From Camelus ferus (taxonomy: Eukaryota), in the NCBI RefSeq assembly GCF_009834535.1, contig NC_045705.1, positions 55,490,001-55,554,000 of the forward strand: a DNA stretch of 64,000 nucleotides. Reading direction: 5' to 3'. Of this stretch, positions 51,557 through 63,495 are shown piece by piece; within the stretch, counting starts at the first letter, position 1, and every line of letters starts with the position of its first letter. The notes beneath the pieces are model-generated. The model had not been told where the DNA came from and made no database searches. It was given only the letters and a program-made list of their open reading frames with translations. Both the position numbers and the translations under genes were made by a program.

Positions 51557-52137
51557 CTGTGAGAAAAGAAGCACACCAGAGTCAAGCTCTGGGCTTGCTC
51601 AGCATCACTGCAGAGGATAAACGGGGGAGAAATGGTCGGGTTTCCAGACAATGGAATCCATAGAAATGAGCAATTAGAATCTATGACTTGGGAAAAACCA
51701 TGAAGTAGTGAATGTGTTCTTAAGACTCAAGAGATAGAAGACCCAACATCTCACCGACAGAGGACTGATTCTCTTTGTCCTAGAAGAACCCGGATCCTAT
51801 AGCAAGGGAACGACTTCCACCTTAGCTCACCCAGTGTCCTAGTTAGCCTCTTATTCGGAGTGATAATGAGAGCTTCTCTCTGGCACCAGGTCCCCACCAT
51901 CCAGCACAAAGTGCGTAAGTATCTACTTCTACCTGAAAGGCTGTGTGCAGGGTTATTATTTTGTAATTGGGTGGAATACACAGACATGTCCATTGACACC
52001 AGAAGGTACACACTGGAAGAGAAGAGGCCACAGGCTTTGGGTCTTTGGTGACCAGGTAAATAAAGCCCATTGCCAAGTGGAGGTTTCCCCTCAAGTACCG
52101 TTTTCTGCCCTGTCTTCCCTCCATTCTGGTCTGTTAC

Positions 52138-52560
52138 CTGGTACTCCTGGGCAACCTCCTCCAAGAGGCACGTGCGGTGACCACGGTGCTCCTGGGACCG
52201 CTCGCAAAGCCAGCAAATGACCTTCCCATCCTCCTTACAGAAGAGCAGGAGTTTCTCTCCGTGGCGCGCACAGAGATTTTCCTTCTGCTCCACCTCTGGG
52301 CTCAGCCTGACCTCCCTGAGCCTCTCCACTATGTTGGACACAAGCTGGTTACGCCGCAGGTTCTCAGGCTGGTAACTGACTCGGCACACAGGGCAGCTGC
52401 TCTCCCCTTCTTGGCCAGTCCTGGACTCCTTGTTGTTCGCAGTGATGCAGGCTTGGCAGAACGTGTGGCCACAGTCAAGGCTGCAGGGTTCTGTCAGAAG
52501 CTCCAGGCAAATGGGGCAGGTCACCTCCTCCTGTATGTTCACCAGGATTCCTGACGCCAT
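52138..52560 (-). CDS. TRIM5: TRIM5-like B exon 2 (RING + B-box 2)
   Basis: Identical to A exon 2 except two substitutions (PCSLDC versus PWSLHC). Confidence 0.92.
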
Positions 52561-52942
52561 GCCAGCCACTCCCCTGTTTCCATCCGTCCTGATTTCTAAG
52601 GCTTCTCGTACTCACAGATCCCTGCGTGATTGGCAATATTAAAAGGCATCAGAGAAAGGTACAAAGAAAGCGATATTAATTGTGTAGAAATCAAAGATGC
52701 GCAAAGACCAAATTATTGAAGGCCAAAACAAACAAACAAACAAAGAAACAGAGAGAAAAAAGAAAGGAGCTGGCTGACCTGTTAAAAAGGACATTTCATA
52801 ATAATTTTAAACACTTTGCTCTCAGTTCATGATTCTTATTATTTAATTTTACCAAACAAAAGTATGATCTGATATTTTTCTACCAAGATCCATGTATGAG
52901 CCTGGAATTCTGTCAAGGAGATTGATAGGAGACTAAGCCTGT

Positions 52943-52989
<47 letters not shown>

Positions 52990-55900
52990 CATGTGTGTAT
53001 ATATGTATAAGGATGGATGGGATGGAGATGGTACAGGTATACTCATAGGATCACAGAAGTCAGATACCTAAAAACATAGAAACACACATGAAATGAATGT
53101 CAGCCCTGAGAAAAATCCACAAAGTACTAGGCAAAATCCTTCAGCTAATTTTCCTTGATGGTGACTTACACGCTAGCAACTGGCCTAACAGCCATAATCA
53201 GAAAGATGAGTCTAAACAGAGGATTTTAGTCACTATGAACTGGAAATTCACTTGGAAGGTAATGGCAAATTAAAATTCAGCCACATATCCATATATGTCG
53301 ATGTGAAAAAGCAGATGAGAAAAATACTAGAGATGCATGTTGTTCAGAAACCAAATAATGGGGGACAATAAGGGATTGTCCAAGAATTCCAAGTTGTAAA
53401 CACAAGGGTTGAACTGAAACCTCAAGCAGATGAAGGAAACGTGGCATGAGAGAGAGGAAAAATGCATTAGGGAGAGGAAATGAGCTGTTCCTGGAATACA
53501 GAGTATCTATCATAAGGTTGCAAATGTCCGTGTGGCTGGTGAGCAGAAAAATGCTGGCCTTTGGTCTCACAAGAGCTACAGTGACATAAATATGACACTT
53601 CCTAAATTACATAACATTTAGGGACCCATTTCCAAGAGGAAGGACAATGACCCATGTTTCCCCGTCAGAGAAGAGTGGGGGCACAGCGAGCTGCACACTG
53701 GAGCTGTGAGCTGTCAGATGGACCCAGCGTGGACCTGGGAGGTTCAGGTGGGATGCCTGCACAAAGGCTCCGGGGAGAGATGATGAGGGGCCGGGTGCTG
53801 AAGACAATGGAGGCAGCAGATGGGAGTGAGCGCAGGAGGAGGGAACGTGCAGGATTGGGGACTGGCTTAGACACGTGGGAACAAAGGACTAACATCAGGC
53901 CTGGGGTCTTTGTTGCTTTACAGACAATGTTGGCTTACTCTTCTCCTAGTGTGTGTGTGTGTGTGCGCGCGTGTGCGTGTGTGTGTATGTGTATGTGTGT
54001 GTGATGTTTTCCTGGGAAACCTCCTGGGTTACAACAAAGTGGAGGTTGGCAGGCTTTCAAGGTCACATTATTGACAGGAAAACTATCGTGACATATAAAG
54101 TGCGTTTGGTTAGGAAGGCTTTATACAGAGCTGAAATGCCAAGGGTAAGCATAGGTTCCGTATTCACAGGGGGCTGTGACTGGTATGTTCAGATATGTCT
54201 CTTTTAGTTCCTTGGAAGCTGCTGCTCATAACCTTTACAAGGTAAGCAGATAAGCCACAGGGTTATGTCCCCTGGGGTAGTTTCACACACATATTCACCT
54301 AGTCTGGTTCCTTAAACAGCCGAGATAATGGGGATAATGTACCTCCTGGACCACTGTAAGGGCCACCTCCAAGAGCGCACCTGAGCCAGCCATCCAGTGC
54401 TGTGTCCCCTGTCTTGAAACTCCCAGCTAAGCTAAGTGAACCTGGTAGTTTATGTCCTATGAGGCTGTGTGCGTGGCATGGGTGGTCCAGTCTGGAAGCC
54501 ACTCCTGGTGGTCAGTCAGAGGGAGCATCGCAGAGTGGTAGCAGAGTGATGCTCCTTCTTCAACCTGGACTCAGCATGGCCCGGTGCTCGTAGTCCAGGC
54601 TCGGGAGTTCTGTAGCTACTCTAGGCAAATGGGGCCGTGAAGCAATAAACGTGTCCTGATGGTTGTCAACGTTTGATGGGAAAAGAAAGACCGCCAGTAT
54701 GAAACAAACAATAAGTTTCCCTTTACTCAGCAAAAGGGAGGGAGAAGCTACAAAGCTGCCCAGAGATAAATGTACACCTGCTGAAACTCCACACTTACGC
54801 CATGTTCCTCACGCATGAAGAACACTTGATACAGAAGGAGGCTGCAGGTGAACTGTAAATGCAATGCAGATGAAGGTACAGACGCTGAAAATAGCCTAGA
54901 GGCCGTCTGCAGTTTGCCAAAGGTGGCAAAGATCTAGCTAATGAGTAACAAGATGAGAGGTGACGTTGTATCAGTTCATGACTCATGCTGTTGTCCAAAT
55001 ATTGTGGTGGGGCCTCTGTCTATTTCTCATACCTTTCAGGATCCAACCAATGCTGAGATGAGTCAAGAACCTACAGAGGAGGGAGAGCAGAGTCTGGATT
55101 CTGCCATGGGGTTGCAGAATTTATTTTCCCTGCAGGGCTCCAAGGAGCTACTGTCAAAGCAGCTGCAGCACAACACACACAGAAGGAACAGGTCCTCACA
55201 CATGAAGGATGACCCCCCCACTACCTAAGCAGTGACCCAAGGGCTCCCCAGCAGTCAGGGAGGTGGACGTGGGAAAGAGAGTGGCATCTGCCTGATGAAA
55301 CATCAGGTCATGTGGCTGCCATGGTGTCAGCTGACTGCACCTTACAAGTCGGTCTTCTGACATCTGAGCTCATGAGATTGCAAACTCAATACATCCCAGC
55401 GGCAACACCTAAAGACAAGCTTAAAGGACATAAAAAGACAATTATTATGTAAAAGTCCAGAAGTTAAGTTCATAGAAAGAACTTTCTTCTCTGGTCACTG
55501 CAGTAAAACAGGTTGTCTAATCATGATAAAGCCACAACTCATGGATGGTATAATGGAAAACGTTACTTTTCCCAAATAGAATAAGAAAGGGAAGTCGTGC
55601 AATGTGTTACCTCCTAGGCAGTCATCTAATTTTGTTTCATATAAACTCCTGACAACACTAGTGAACTGAAACCTAAAACAGTAAAGTAATAAATCAGTTC
55701 TAAAGTCCTGTAATAATTGGCCTGACGAAAGTGCACTGTGCGAGTTCAGAAGACAAGTGTCTATAACAACTCATGCTGAGAAGGGGTCTAGGAATACACA
55801 GCCGAGGGATCATCTCCAGAGTGAACCTTGATGAAGGAAGATTTGGTCAGATCAGGGGAAGGCGTGGTGAGAAGAGAGATTTGGCCGAGTTAGGTGGGTG

Positions 55901-57501
55901 CAGCTGTACTGCCCATAGGACAGAGGAGGGGGAGGAAACACAGAGGCTCCTCTCACATCCTTCCCTTTTGAGTCTCATGATGTTGTTATAATTCTGTTTC
56001 TTCTGACATCTTTTTATATCATCAACCCCAGTCAAGTAACTCCTTTGGTTTATTAAAAGTTAGAACAGACGTCCCTTCTGGACGTTCCTCCTACATGCCT
56101 CTCTTGCTCCCGATCTCTCAGCTGAGCTCTGTTTCCGGGTGACAGATATGGCTCAGGCAGAGGGGTGAGCAGGTTAGCGACTTAAGGAAGTGCAGTGGTT
56201 CCCTGGGTCTGGAGGAGAGGACACAGAGAGGCTCAGAGCCTGCCAGCTGTGACAGCACCAGGCTCCTGAGCACAGACAGGCCGAGGTCGTGAGAATTTCT
56301 CCGGAGTCAGGCAGAAACACTACACTGCTGCTCTGATAAGCGCTAAACTATTAGGACTCAAAGACCCCTCTGCAATTGTCCTTGTTGAGGGAAAGGACAT
56401 TCTAGCTCTGAAAAATCAAGTAATCTTGTGTCCTCAGCAAGATGCTTTCAAAATTATAAAATGGGGTGGAGGCGTGTGTAGATTCACCGTGGAGGAACAA
56501 ACAGTCCCTCTAAGGAACAAGCAAAGCCTTTTACTTCTTCCAACCCTGCTTCTTCTAAGACTCCCCCTGCCCCAGTCTCATCTTCACTCTCAGCAGGAAG
56601 CCTGCAGGCCCAGCCTTTTCCCTCTTTACTACAGCTTCCAGAAAGCAAGTAAAACCCACCAAAGCAGACTCAGTTGTTCTTTCTGTGTCTGTCAAAATCT
56701 GCCCCTCACAAAACCCTCGAGTGTCTTCACTCTCCGATGCAGAAGTTGTGATTTCTTAGGGAAGGGTGAAGACAGGGCCTGGGCACATGTGTTCAGCATT
56801 CACTCACTAACCAGGGAACTGATCTTCACCAAGAAGATTCCCAGTAGAAGAGAGGGAAGATGAAAGTTCAGTCTTGTGGGTGGAGTACAAGCAGGAAATG
56901 AGAAGTGAAGCTAGACCAGTGGGAGGCCTCCACATAAGGTTCCTGGGAAATGACAAGGGTTTTGCACCTGAAGTTAGTGGGCCAAGGAATGTATTTTTAT
57001 TCCTGTCTCCTGTGTTCTCATGGCTCTTCAAATTAATCCATCCTTTGAAGAACTCGGCTAGCCTAGCCATGTCATATCACACACATCCACCTTGTCTAGT
57101 TTGCTTACAAATGACCCGTCAGGAGGAGAGAGGAAGTTCTCCTTTATCACAGTGAAGACGCCCCACTGAGGGCTCACCTACTGGAAGCGCTCTCCTGTCC
57201 AGTGTCCTCCAGCGAAACTAAATGAATCCGTCCAGCGTGCACTGTTAAGACACGTTAGAGAAAAAAGTTTCTCCAACTCTGACATTTCTCCGGCAGCCAG
57301 TCACAGGGGCTATCACAGAGCGCTAGAACACTGATGCTGACTTTCAGAACGTGGATTCACTATGGCCAAAATGGCAAGTTTCCTAAATAAGCAGCCAGAG
57401 ATGAAACCCTCGGAAGCATCATTTGTTGAGCAATGTCATCTGACACTATTTTACACGTAACGCCTATGATCAACATGAGAAAAATGAATCCAGGGAATTC
57501 G

Positions 57502-57998
57502 TGTGACGGTTATTACTATATGTCAACTAGACTGGTCACTGGGTGCCCAGTTTAGACATTCTTTCTGCGTGTGTCTGTGAAAGTGTTCTTTCCAGCCAAG
57601 ATTAGAATGGGATCTGTGGACTCAGTATCGCAGCTGGCTTTCCGTGGCGTGGATGGGTATCATCCAATTTGTTGAGGCCTGAAAAGAACACAAATGTGCA
57701 AGAAGGAAGAATTTGTTCTTTTTGTTCCTGCCTGCCTGCTTCTGCTTCCGCGGGTCTTCTCCCGTCCTGAGACGGAAACTTATGTCATAGATATTCCCGG
57801 TCTGAAGCTTCCCGACTTGGACTGAGTTACTGGGTCTGCACCTTGCTGTTGGCAGGTCTGGAACTTCTCAGCCTCTATGATTATATGAGCCTCCTCCTTA
57901 TAATAGGGCACCTTCCAATGTATATGATGAGGGTGGATAGCTAGCTAGCTAGCTAATAGAAAGAGATTCTATTTCTCTGAAGAACCCTGAGTAATACA
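57502..57998 (+). mobile_element. MLT2-type solo LTR, unit B copy
   Basis: Near-identical to 38939-39436. Confidence 0.75.
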
Positions 57999-58120
57999 GT
58001 AATGAAAAATTTCTAAAATTCTGTTAAGTGACATAGCTGAATTATGAGAGTAATCCAATGACTCAGCTGAACCATGTAATTTCTAAAGCTCTGTGCCAAA
58101 CAGTGTATTTTCTTCCGCAC

Positions 58121-59077
58121 TAGTGATATTATTATGGTAGAGGAATTGCACATGAATAACATAAAGAGAGCGAGTGTTATTATACTGGAAATCAATGTTT
58201 AGAATTATTGTGGTTAAATGCCGTATTATAACAGCTGCCATTTATCCTATATTGTCAACTGATGAATAGGTTATGATTTTTCCTAGCTGGGCTTGGTTAA
58301 GTCCATCTCAAGCTCTGATTAGGATGGATAATATGACTATGGTTAGTATCACGCTTATGTTGACGAATAGTGAGATTTGAAATAAACTGATATTGCTGAA
58401 AGTGTTTGTCCTGTTCATAGGATTAGGCCTGCTCTTGGTGGATTATGTTTAACTTTGGTCATTCGCAAGTGGAATGAGGAAAGTGCTAACTTTATGATAA
58501 CGGCTACCATTTTGATGGTGGTTACTGTTGTATTAAATGTTTTGGGAAATTGTTCATTGATTTGAATATACTAAATGAATACTGATAGCAATTATAGGAA
58601 TGTTGACATGGTAGCTTGTGTTAAAATAATTTGCTGGATGTTTCTATGGTTCATGGAGTAAGTATTTTTATTAGGAAAGAGATAATAGATACTATGTTTA
58701 TTCTGAAGCCAATTCAAAATCTTAATCAGTGTGAGCGTATCATTACAATTATGGTTCCTGAGATGATGGTTAGTAGAATGATACTAAAACTATGTGATTT
58801 TTAGCATGGGAATGCTATAAACCAACATTTTCTGGATATGGGTTTAGTAGCCTACTTGGTTGACCTTACTCTAGAATATGATATAATATGGTACACTGAG
58901 AAAGTTGACTTTGTATGGATAGGTTCGATTTCTACAGTTCTAAAAATAAAAGGGTTTTAACCTACATTATTTATTCAAGTAACTCTTTCGCTAGACATAT
59001 TTTTTTCTTAAGTTTGTGGAGGAATGCCTGAGGTGATGGTGGGTAGTGAAACATTCCATGTGCATAGAGCAGAGGAA
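58121..59077 (-). pseudogene. Duplicate of the ancient NUMT in unit B
   Basis: Near-identical to 39559-40515 at offset 18562. Confidence 0.9.
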
Positions 59078-59221
59078 AAGAAAGGCAGGCAGAGAAAGGA
59101 TAGTGATGGTGCAGAGATTTAGAACAAACAAAACATTAACATCATAGTTAAAAAGAAGAAATGGGAGAGACAAGAGGAGTAAGTCAATGACAGAATGATA
59201 ATGGATATTGTGATATTCTGG

Positions 59222-60091
59222 TTCTGTCTACTTATCACTTTTCTCTAAGTTTTGTGTATTTTTGCCATTTTGTTTCTGGTAGGAATATTCTCTCAAATTT
59301 CTTGTAAGAGGGGGTCTAGGGTTCATCCACTCCCTCGGCTTTTGATTGGGAAAGTCTTTATTTTTCCTTCCTATCTGAATGATACTTTGCTGGATAGCGT
59401 ATTCTTGGGTGACAGTTTTGCCTTTCACTATTTTGAGAATGTCATTCCACTCCTTCCTGGCCTGTTGGGCTTCTGCTGAAAAATCTGCTGATGGTCTTAC
59501 CGAGGTTCCTTTGTACATGATCATCCTGTTTACACTCGCTGCAGTTAAAATTCACTTTTTGACATCGAGTTTTGACAAGTTTAGTATCTTGTGTCCTGGA
59601 AAAGGCCTTTTTGCAATGCGGTCATTAAGTGTTCTCTCAGGTGCATGGGCGTGTATATCCAGTTCCTTCCCCAGGTTTGGGGAGTTCACAGCTATTATTT
59701 CTTTAAAATCTCTCTGCTCCCTTTTGTCCCTTTGCTCCTTCTGGGATACCTGTTACCCTAATGGTGCCCTTCCTAAAAGAGTCCGATAGTCCTAGGAAAT
59801 TAACTCATTATTATGTCTTATTTCTCTCTCCTCTTCTACTCATATCATTTCTAGATTTCAACGTGCGAGCTCATGAATTCCCTCTCCATCTGGTCTGCTC
59901 TACTTTCAATGCTTTCTAACGTGTTCTTCCCACTTTCGGTGTTCTTCAGCTCCAGAATTTGTTCGATTCTGTTTTAGAGTTTCATCCTTGTTGGGAAGGT
60001 TTTCCTTCAGAACTTGAATTTTATTACTGAGCTCTGTAGGCTGCGTGAACGAGTTTTGCTGTATCTCTTTGAGTCCTCTCTGGTTAGATCA
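59222..60091 (-). mobile_element. L1 ORF1 fragment, unit B copy, 5'-truncated at the TRIM copy C junction
   Basis: Matches 40660-41533, then switches to TRIM exon 2 sequence. Confidence 0.82.
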
Positions 60092-60468
60092 TGGCGCTGT
60101 TGAGACTCTTCGCAAAGCCAGCAAATGGCCTTCCCATCCTCCTTGCAGGAGAGCAGGAGTTTCTCTTTGTGGTGTGTACAGAGATTTTCCTTCTGCTCCA
60201 CCTCCAGGCTCAGCCTGACCTCCCTGAGCCTCTCCACTATGTTGGCCACGTGCCGATTAGGCCGTAGGTTCTTAGGCTCATAACTGACTCGGCACAGAGG
60301 GCAGCTGCTCTCTCCTTCTTGGCCAGTCTTGGACTCCTTATTGTTCGCAGTGATGCAGGCTTGGGAGAACGTGTGGCCACAGTCAAGGCTCCTGGTTTCT
60401 GTCAGAAGCTCTAGGCAAATGGGGCAGGTTACCTTCTCCTGTATGTTCACCAGTATTCCTGACGCCAT
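60007..60468 (-). pseudogene. TRIM5: TRIM5-like copy C: exon 2 remnant fused to L1 ORF1 sequence (153-aa ORF)
   Basis: 126 TRIM codons (RING with GHTFSQAC, damaged B-box), then 27 codons of L1-derived sequence past the junction at 60087-60091. Exon-2 acceptor region is retained near 60529. Confidence 0.88.
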
Positions 60469-60875
60469 GCCAGCCACTCCCCTGTTTCACACATCCTGAT
60501 TTCTAAGGGTTCTTGTACTCACAGATCCCTGCGTGATTTGGGAATATTAAAAGGGGACAGAGTGAGAAAGGTGGCAATAAACTGATAACAGCTGTGTAGA
60601 AATCAAGGGTGGGGCAAGCCCAAATTATTGAAGGACGTAAAAGAAAACATGAAGAAAAAAGGGAAGAAGCTTGCTGATGTGTTAAAAAGGACATTTCATG
60701 ATACTTTTAAAACTTTACTCTTGGTTCATGGTTTATATCACATGGCAAATTCCATCCACCCTTATCTGTGCAATTATTCTTAATATTTATATTTGCTAAA
60801 CAAAGAATGACCTGATTCATTTTTTACCAAGATCCATGTGTGACTCAGCTTCTATCCTGCTTTTGTTTCCTGTGC

Positions 60876-60890
60876 AAAAAAAAAAAAGAA

Positions 60891-60938
<48 letters not shown>
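60876..60938. repeat. A-run plus (GAAA)n microsatellite
   Basis: Direct inspection. Confidence 0.95.
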
Positions 60939-60939
<1 letters not shown>

Positions 60940-62859
60940 CATCAATATATAAGGCTGAAACCACTTACGTGTTTGGGCTTTCAAACCTACTCTTCTCTCA
61001 GCAGGAATGATGCCCCACAGATCAGTGTGATGCTTTCTTACACTTCAGTAAACTCTCTCATTACTTGTTCTTTTATCCCAAAGACCTGCTCTGATGACTA
61101 ATTTACACGGTGACCATTGCCAACATTTGCTGTACATTTAGAATGATTTTCCTTATTATCATGACATAATATATGAAAATGTGTTTGCATTTACGGTAAG
61201 AGCAAACCTTTAATCAAATGTGTAAATAGAGACAGTGACTTACAAAAATCAAGTACCTTCACTACACAGAATGGGAATGAATTAAATATATTTGAGGTTT
61301 TTCTTCAGAGGCCTTTCTCCTACCCCACTGAGTCAATGAAAAGCAAACAGAGGTGACTTCATTTACCCAATTAACACCCAGATCAATGGGATGTGTGGAG
61401 ATGAAGAGATCCAGACTAGGTGGGAGGTTCTGGGAAGTCTTGAATGTGTGAAAGGTGATTTCACCTTAGCCTGGAAATATGTCAGACATTGATAGGAGAC
61501 TAAAGATGTTTGTGCATGAGCATGATGGGGAGGAAGATGGTATAAGTATGCTCATAGGGTCACATGAGTCAGACACCTAAAAACATAGAAACACACATGA
61601 AATGAATGTCAGTCATGAGGGAAAAAGAGCTCAAAATATCAGGCAAGATCATTCAGTTAGTTATCCTTGACAATGACTTATCTATCAACTGGACTAATAT
61701 TCATAATCAGAAAAGTGACTCTAAACAGATGTTTTAAGCCACTATGGACTTGATATTTACCTGAAAAGTAATAGTAAATAAAAAATCACCCGTATATATA
61801 CAAAAGAGCAGATGTGACAAATACTGCTAGAAATTTGTACATGTTCAGAAATCAAATAATGGGGGAAAATAAGGGATTGTTCAAGAATTCCAAATTGTAA
61901 ACACAAAGGTTGAACTGAAGGCTCAAGCAGAGGAAGGAAACATGGCATGAGAGAGAGGAAAAATGCATTAGGGAGAGGAAATGGGCTGTTCCTGGAGTAC
62001 AGAGCATCTATTCTGAGGTTGCAAGTGTCCGTGTGGCTGGTGAGCAGAAAAGTGCTGGCCTTTGGTCTCACAAGAGCTACAGTGACATAAATGTGACACT
62101 TCCTAAATTACATAACATTTAGGGACCCATTTCCAAGAGGAAGGACAATGACCCATGTTTCCCCGTCAGAGAAGAGTGGGGGCACAGCGAGCTGCGCACT
62201 GGAGCTGTGAGGTGTCAGATGGACCCAGCGTGGACCTGGGAGGTTCAGGTGGGATGCCTGCACAGGGGCTCCGGGGAGAGATGATGAGGGGCCGGGTGCT
62301 GAAGACAATGGAGGCAGCAGATGAGAGTGAGCGCAGGAGGAGGGAAATGTGCAGGATTGGGGATTGGCTTAGACATGTGGGAACAAAGGACTAACATCAG
62401 GCCTGGGGTGGCTTACTCTTCTCCTAGTGTGTGTGTGTTTGTGTGTTGTTTTTTCTGGGAAATCCATTGGGTTACAACATAGTGGAGGTCAGCAACCTTT
62501 CAAGATCACATTATTGATAGTAAAACTAGCCTGATACATAAAGTGCATTTGGGTAGGAAGAATTTATACAGAACTCTAATACCACCTGGTAAACACAGAC
62601 CTCATTTTTCACAGGGATTGTGACTCTTATGTCCAAATGTGTCTCTTTCAGGTCCCTGGAAGTTGCTGCTCATGGTCTGTTACAAGGTAATCAATCCTTT
62701 GCAGCACTAGGCTTATCTAATCTGTCGTAGTTTCATTTACCCCCATCTGATCTGGTTCCTTAAAAGGCTGAGATGATGGGGATAATGTACATTCTGTACC
62801 ATTGTAAGGGCCATCTCTGAGAGCTCACCTGATGCTGCCATGTCTAATACTGTGTCTTC

Positions 62860-63495
62860 TGTCCCACTCTTGGGCATATATCCAGAGGGAATTTAATTTG
62901 NNNNNNNNNNNNNNNNNNNNNNNNNNNNNNNNNNNNNNNNNNNNNNNNNNNNNNNNNNNNNNNNNNNNNNNNNNNNNNNNNNNNNNNNNNNNNNNNNNNN
63001 NNNNNNNNNNNNNNNNNNNNNNNNNNNNNNNNNNNNNNNNNNNNNNNNNNNNNNNNNNNNNNNNNNNNAATGTGGGTGGACCTGGAGATTGTCATTCTAA
63101 GTGAAGTAAGCCAGAAAGAGAAAGAAAAATACCATATGATATCACTTATATGTGGAATCTTAAAAAAAAGACAAATGAACTTATTTGCAAAACAGAAACA
63201 GATGCACAGACATAGAAAACAAACTTACGGTTACCAGGGAAGAAAGATGGTGGGAAGGAATAAACTGGGAGTCCAAGATTTGCAGATACTAACTACTAAC
63301 TATTATGCGTATAAAATAGATAAACAGCAAGTTTCTACTGTATAGCACAGGGAACTATATTCAAAATCTTGTAGTAACCTGTAATGAAAAAGACTATGAA
63401 AATGAATATATATATGCATATATGATTGAATTATTATGCTGTACACCAGAAATTCACACAACATTGTAATCTCACTATACTTCAATTAAAAAAAT
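62860..63495 (+). mobile_element. Young L1 3' end in intron 1 of copy C
   Basis: WVDLEIVILSEVSQKEKEKYHMISLICGI followed by the 3'UTR ending ctatacttcaattaaaaaaa. Confidence 0.85.

Larger units (their letters stand above)
44655..52560 (-). pseudogene. TRIM5: TRIM5-like gene copy B, frameshifted in exon 6 (predicted 281-aa RING/B-box/coiled-coil product, or a pseudogene)
   Basis: Exons 52560-52138, 51556-51461, 50852-50622, 47115-47093, 45874-45773 (102 nt versus 101 in A), 45491-45465, 45241-44655. An extra C in atccctgac leads to TGA at 45804-45802. Confidence 0.8.
43264..60091. repeat. Tandem segmental duplication unit B
   Basis: Colinear with unit A, including exons, intronic L1, MLT2, NUMT and the L1 ORF1 fragment. 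Confidence 0.93.
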
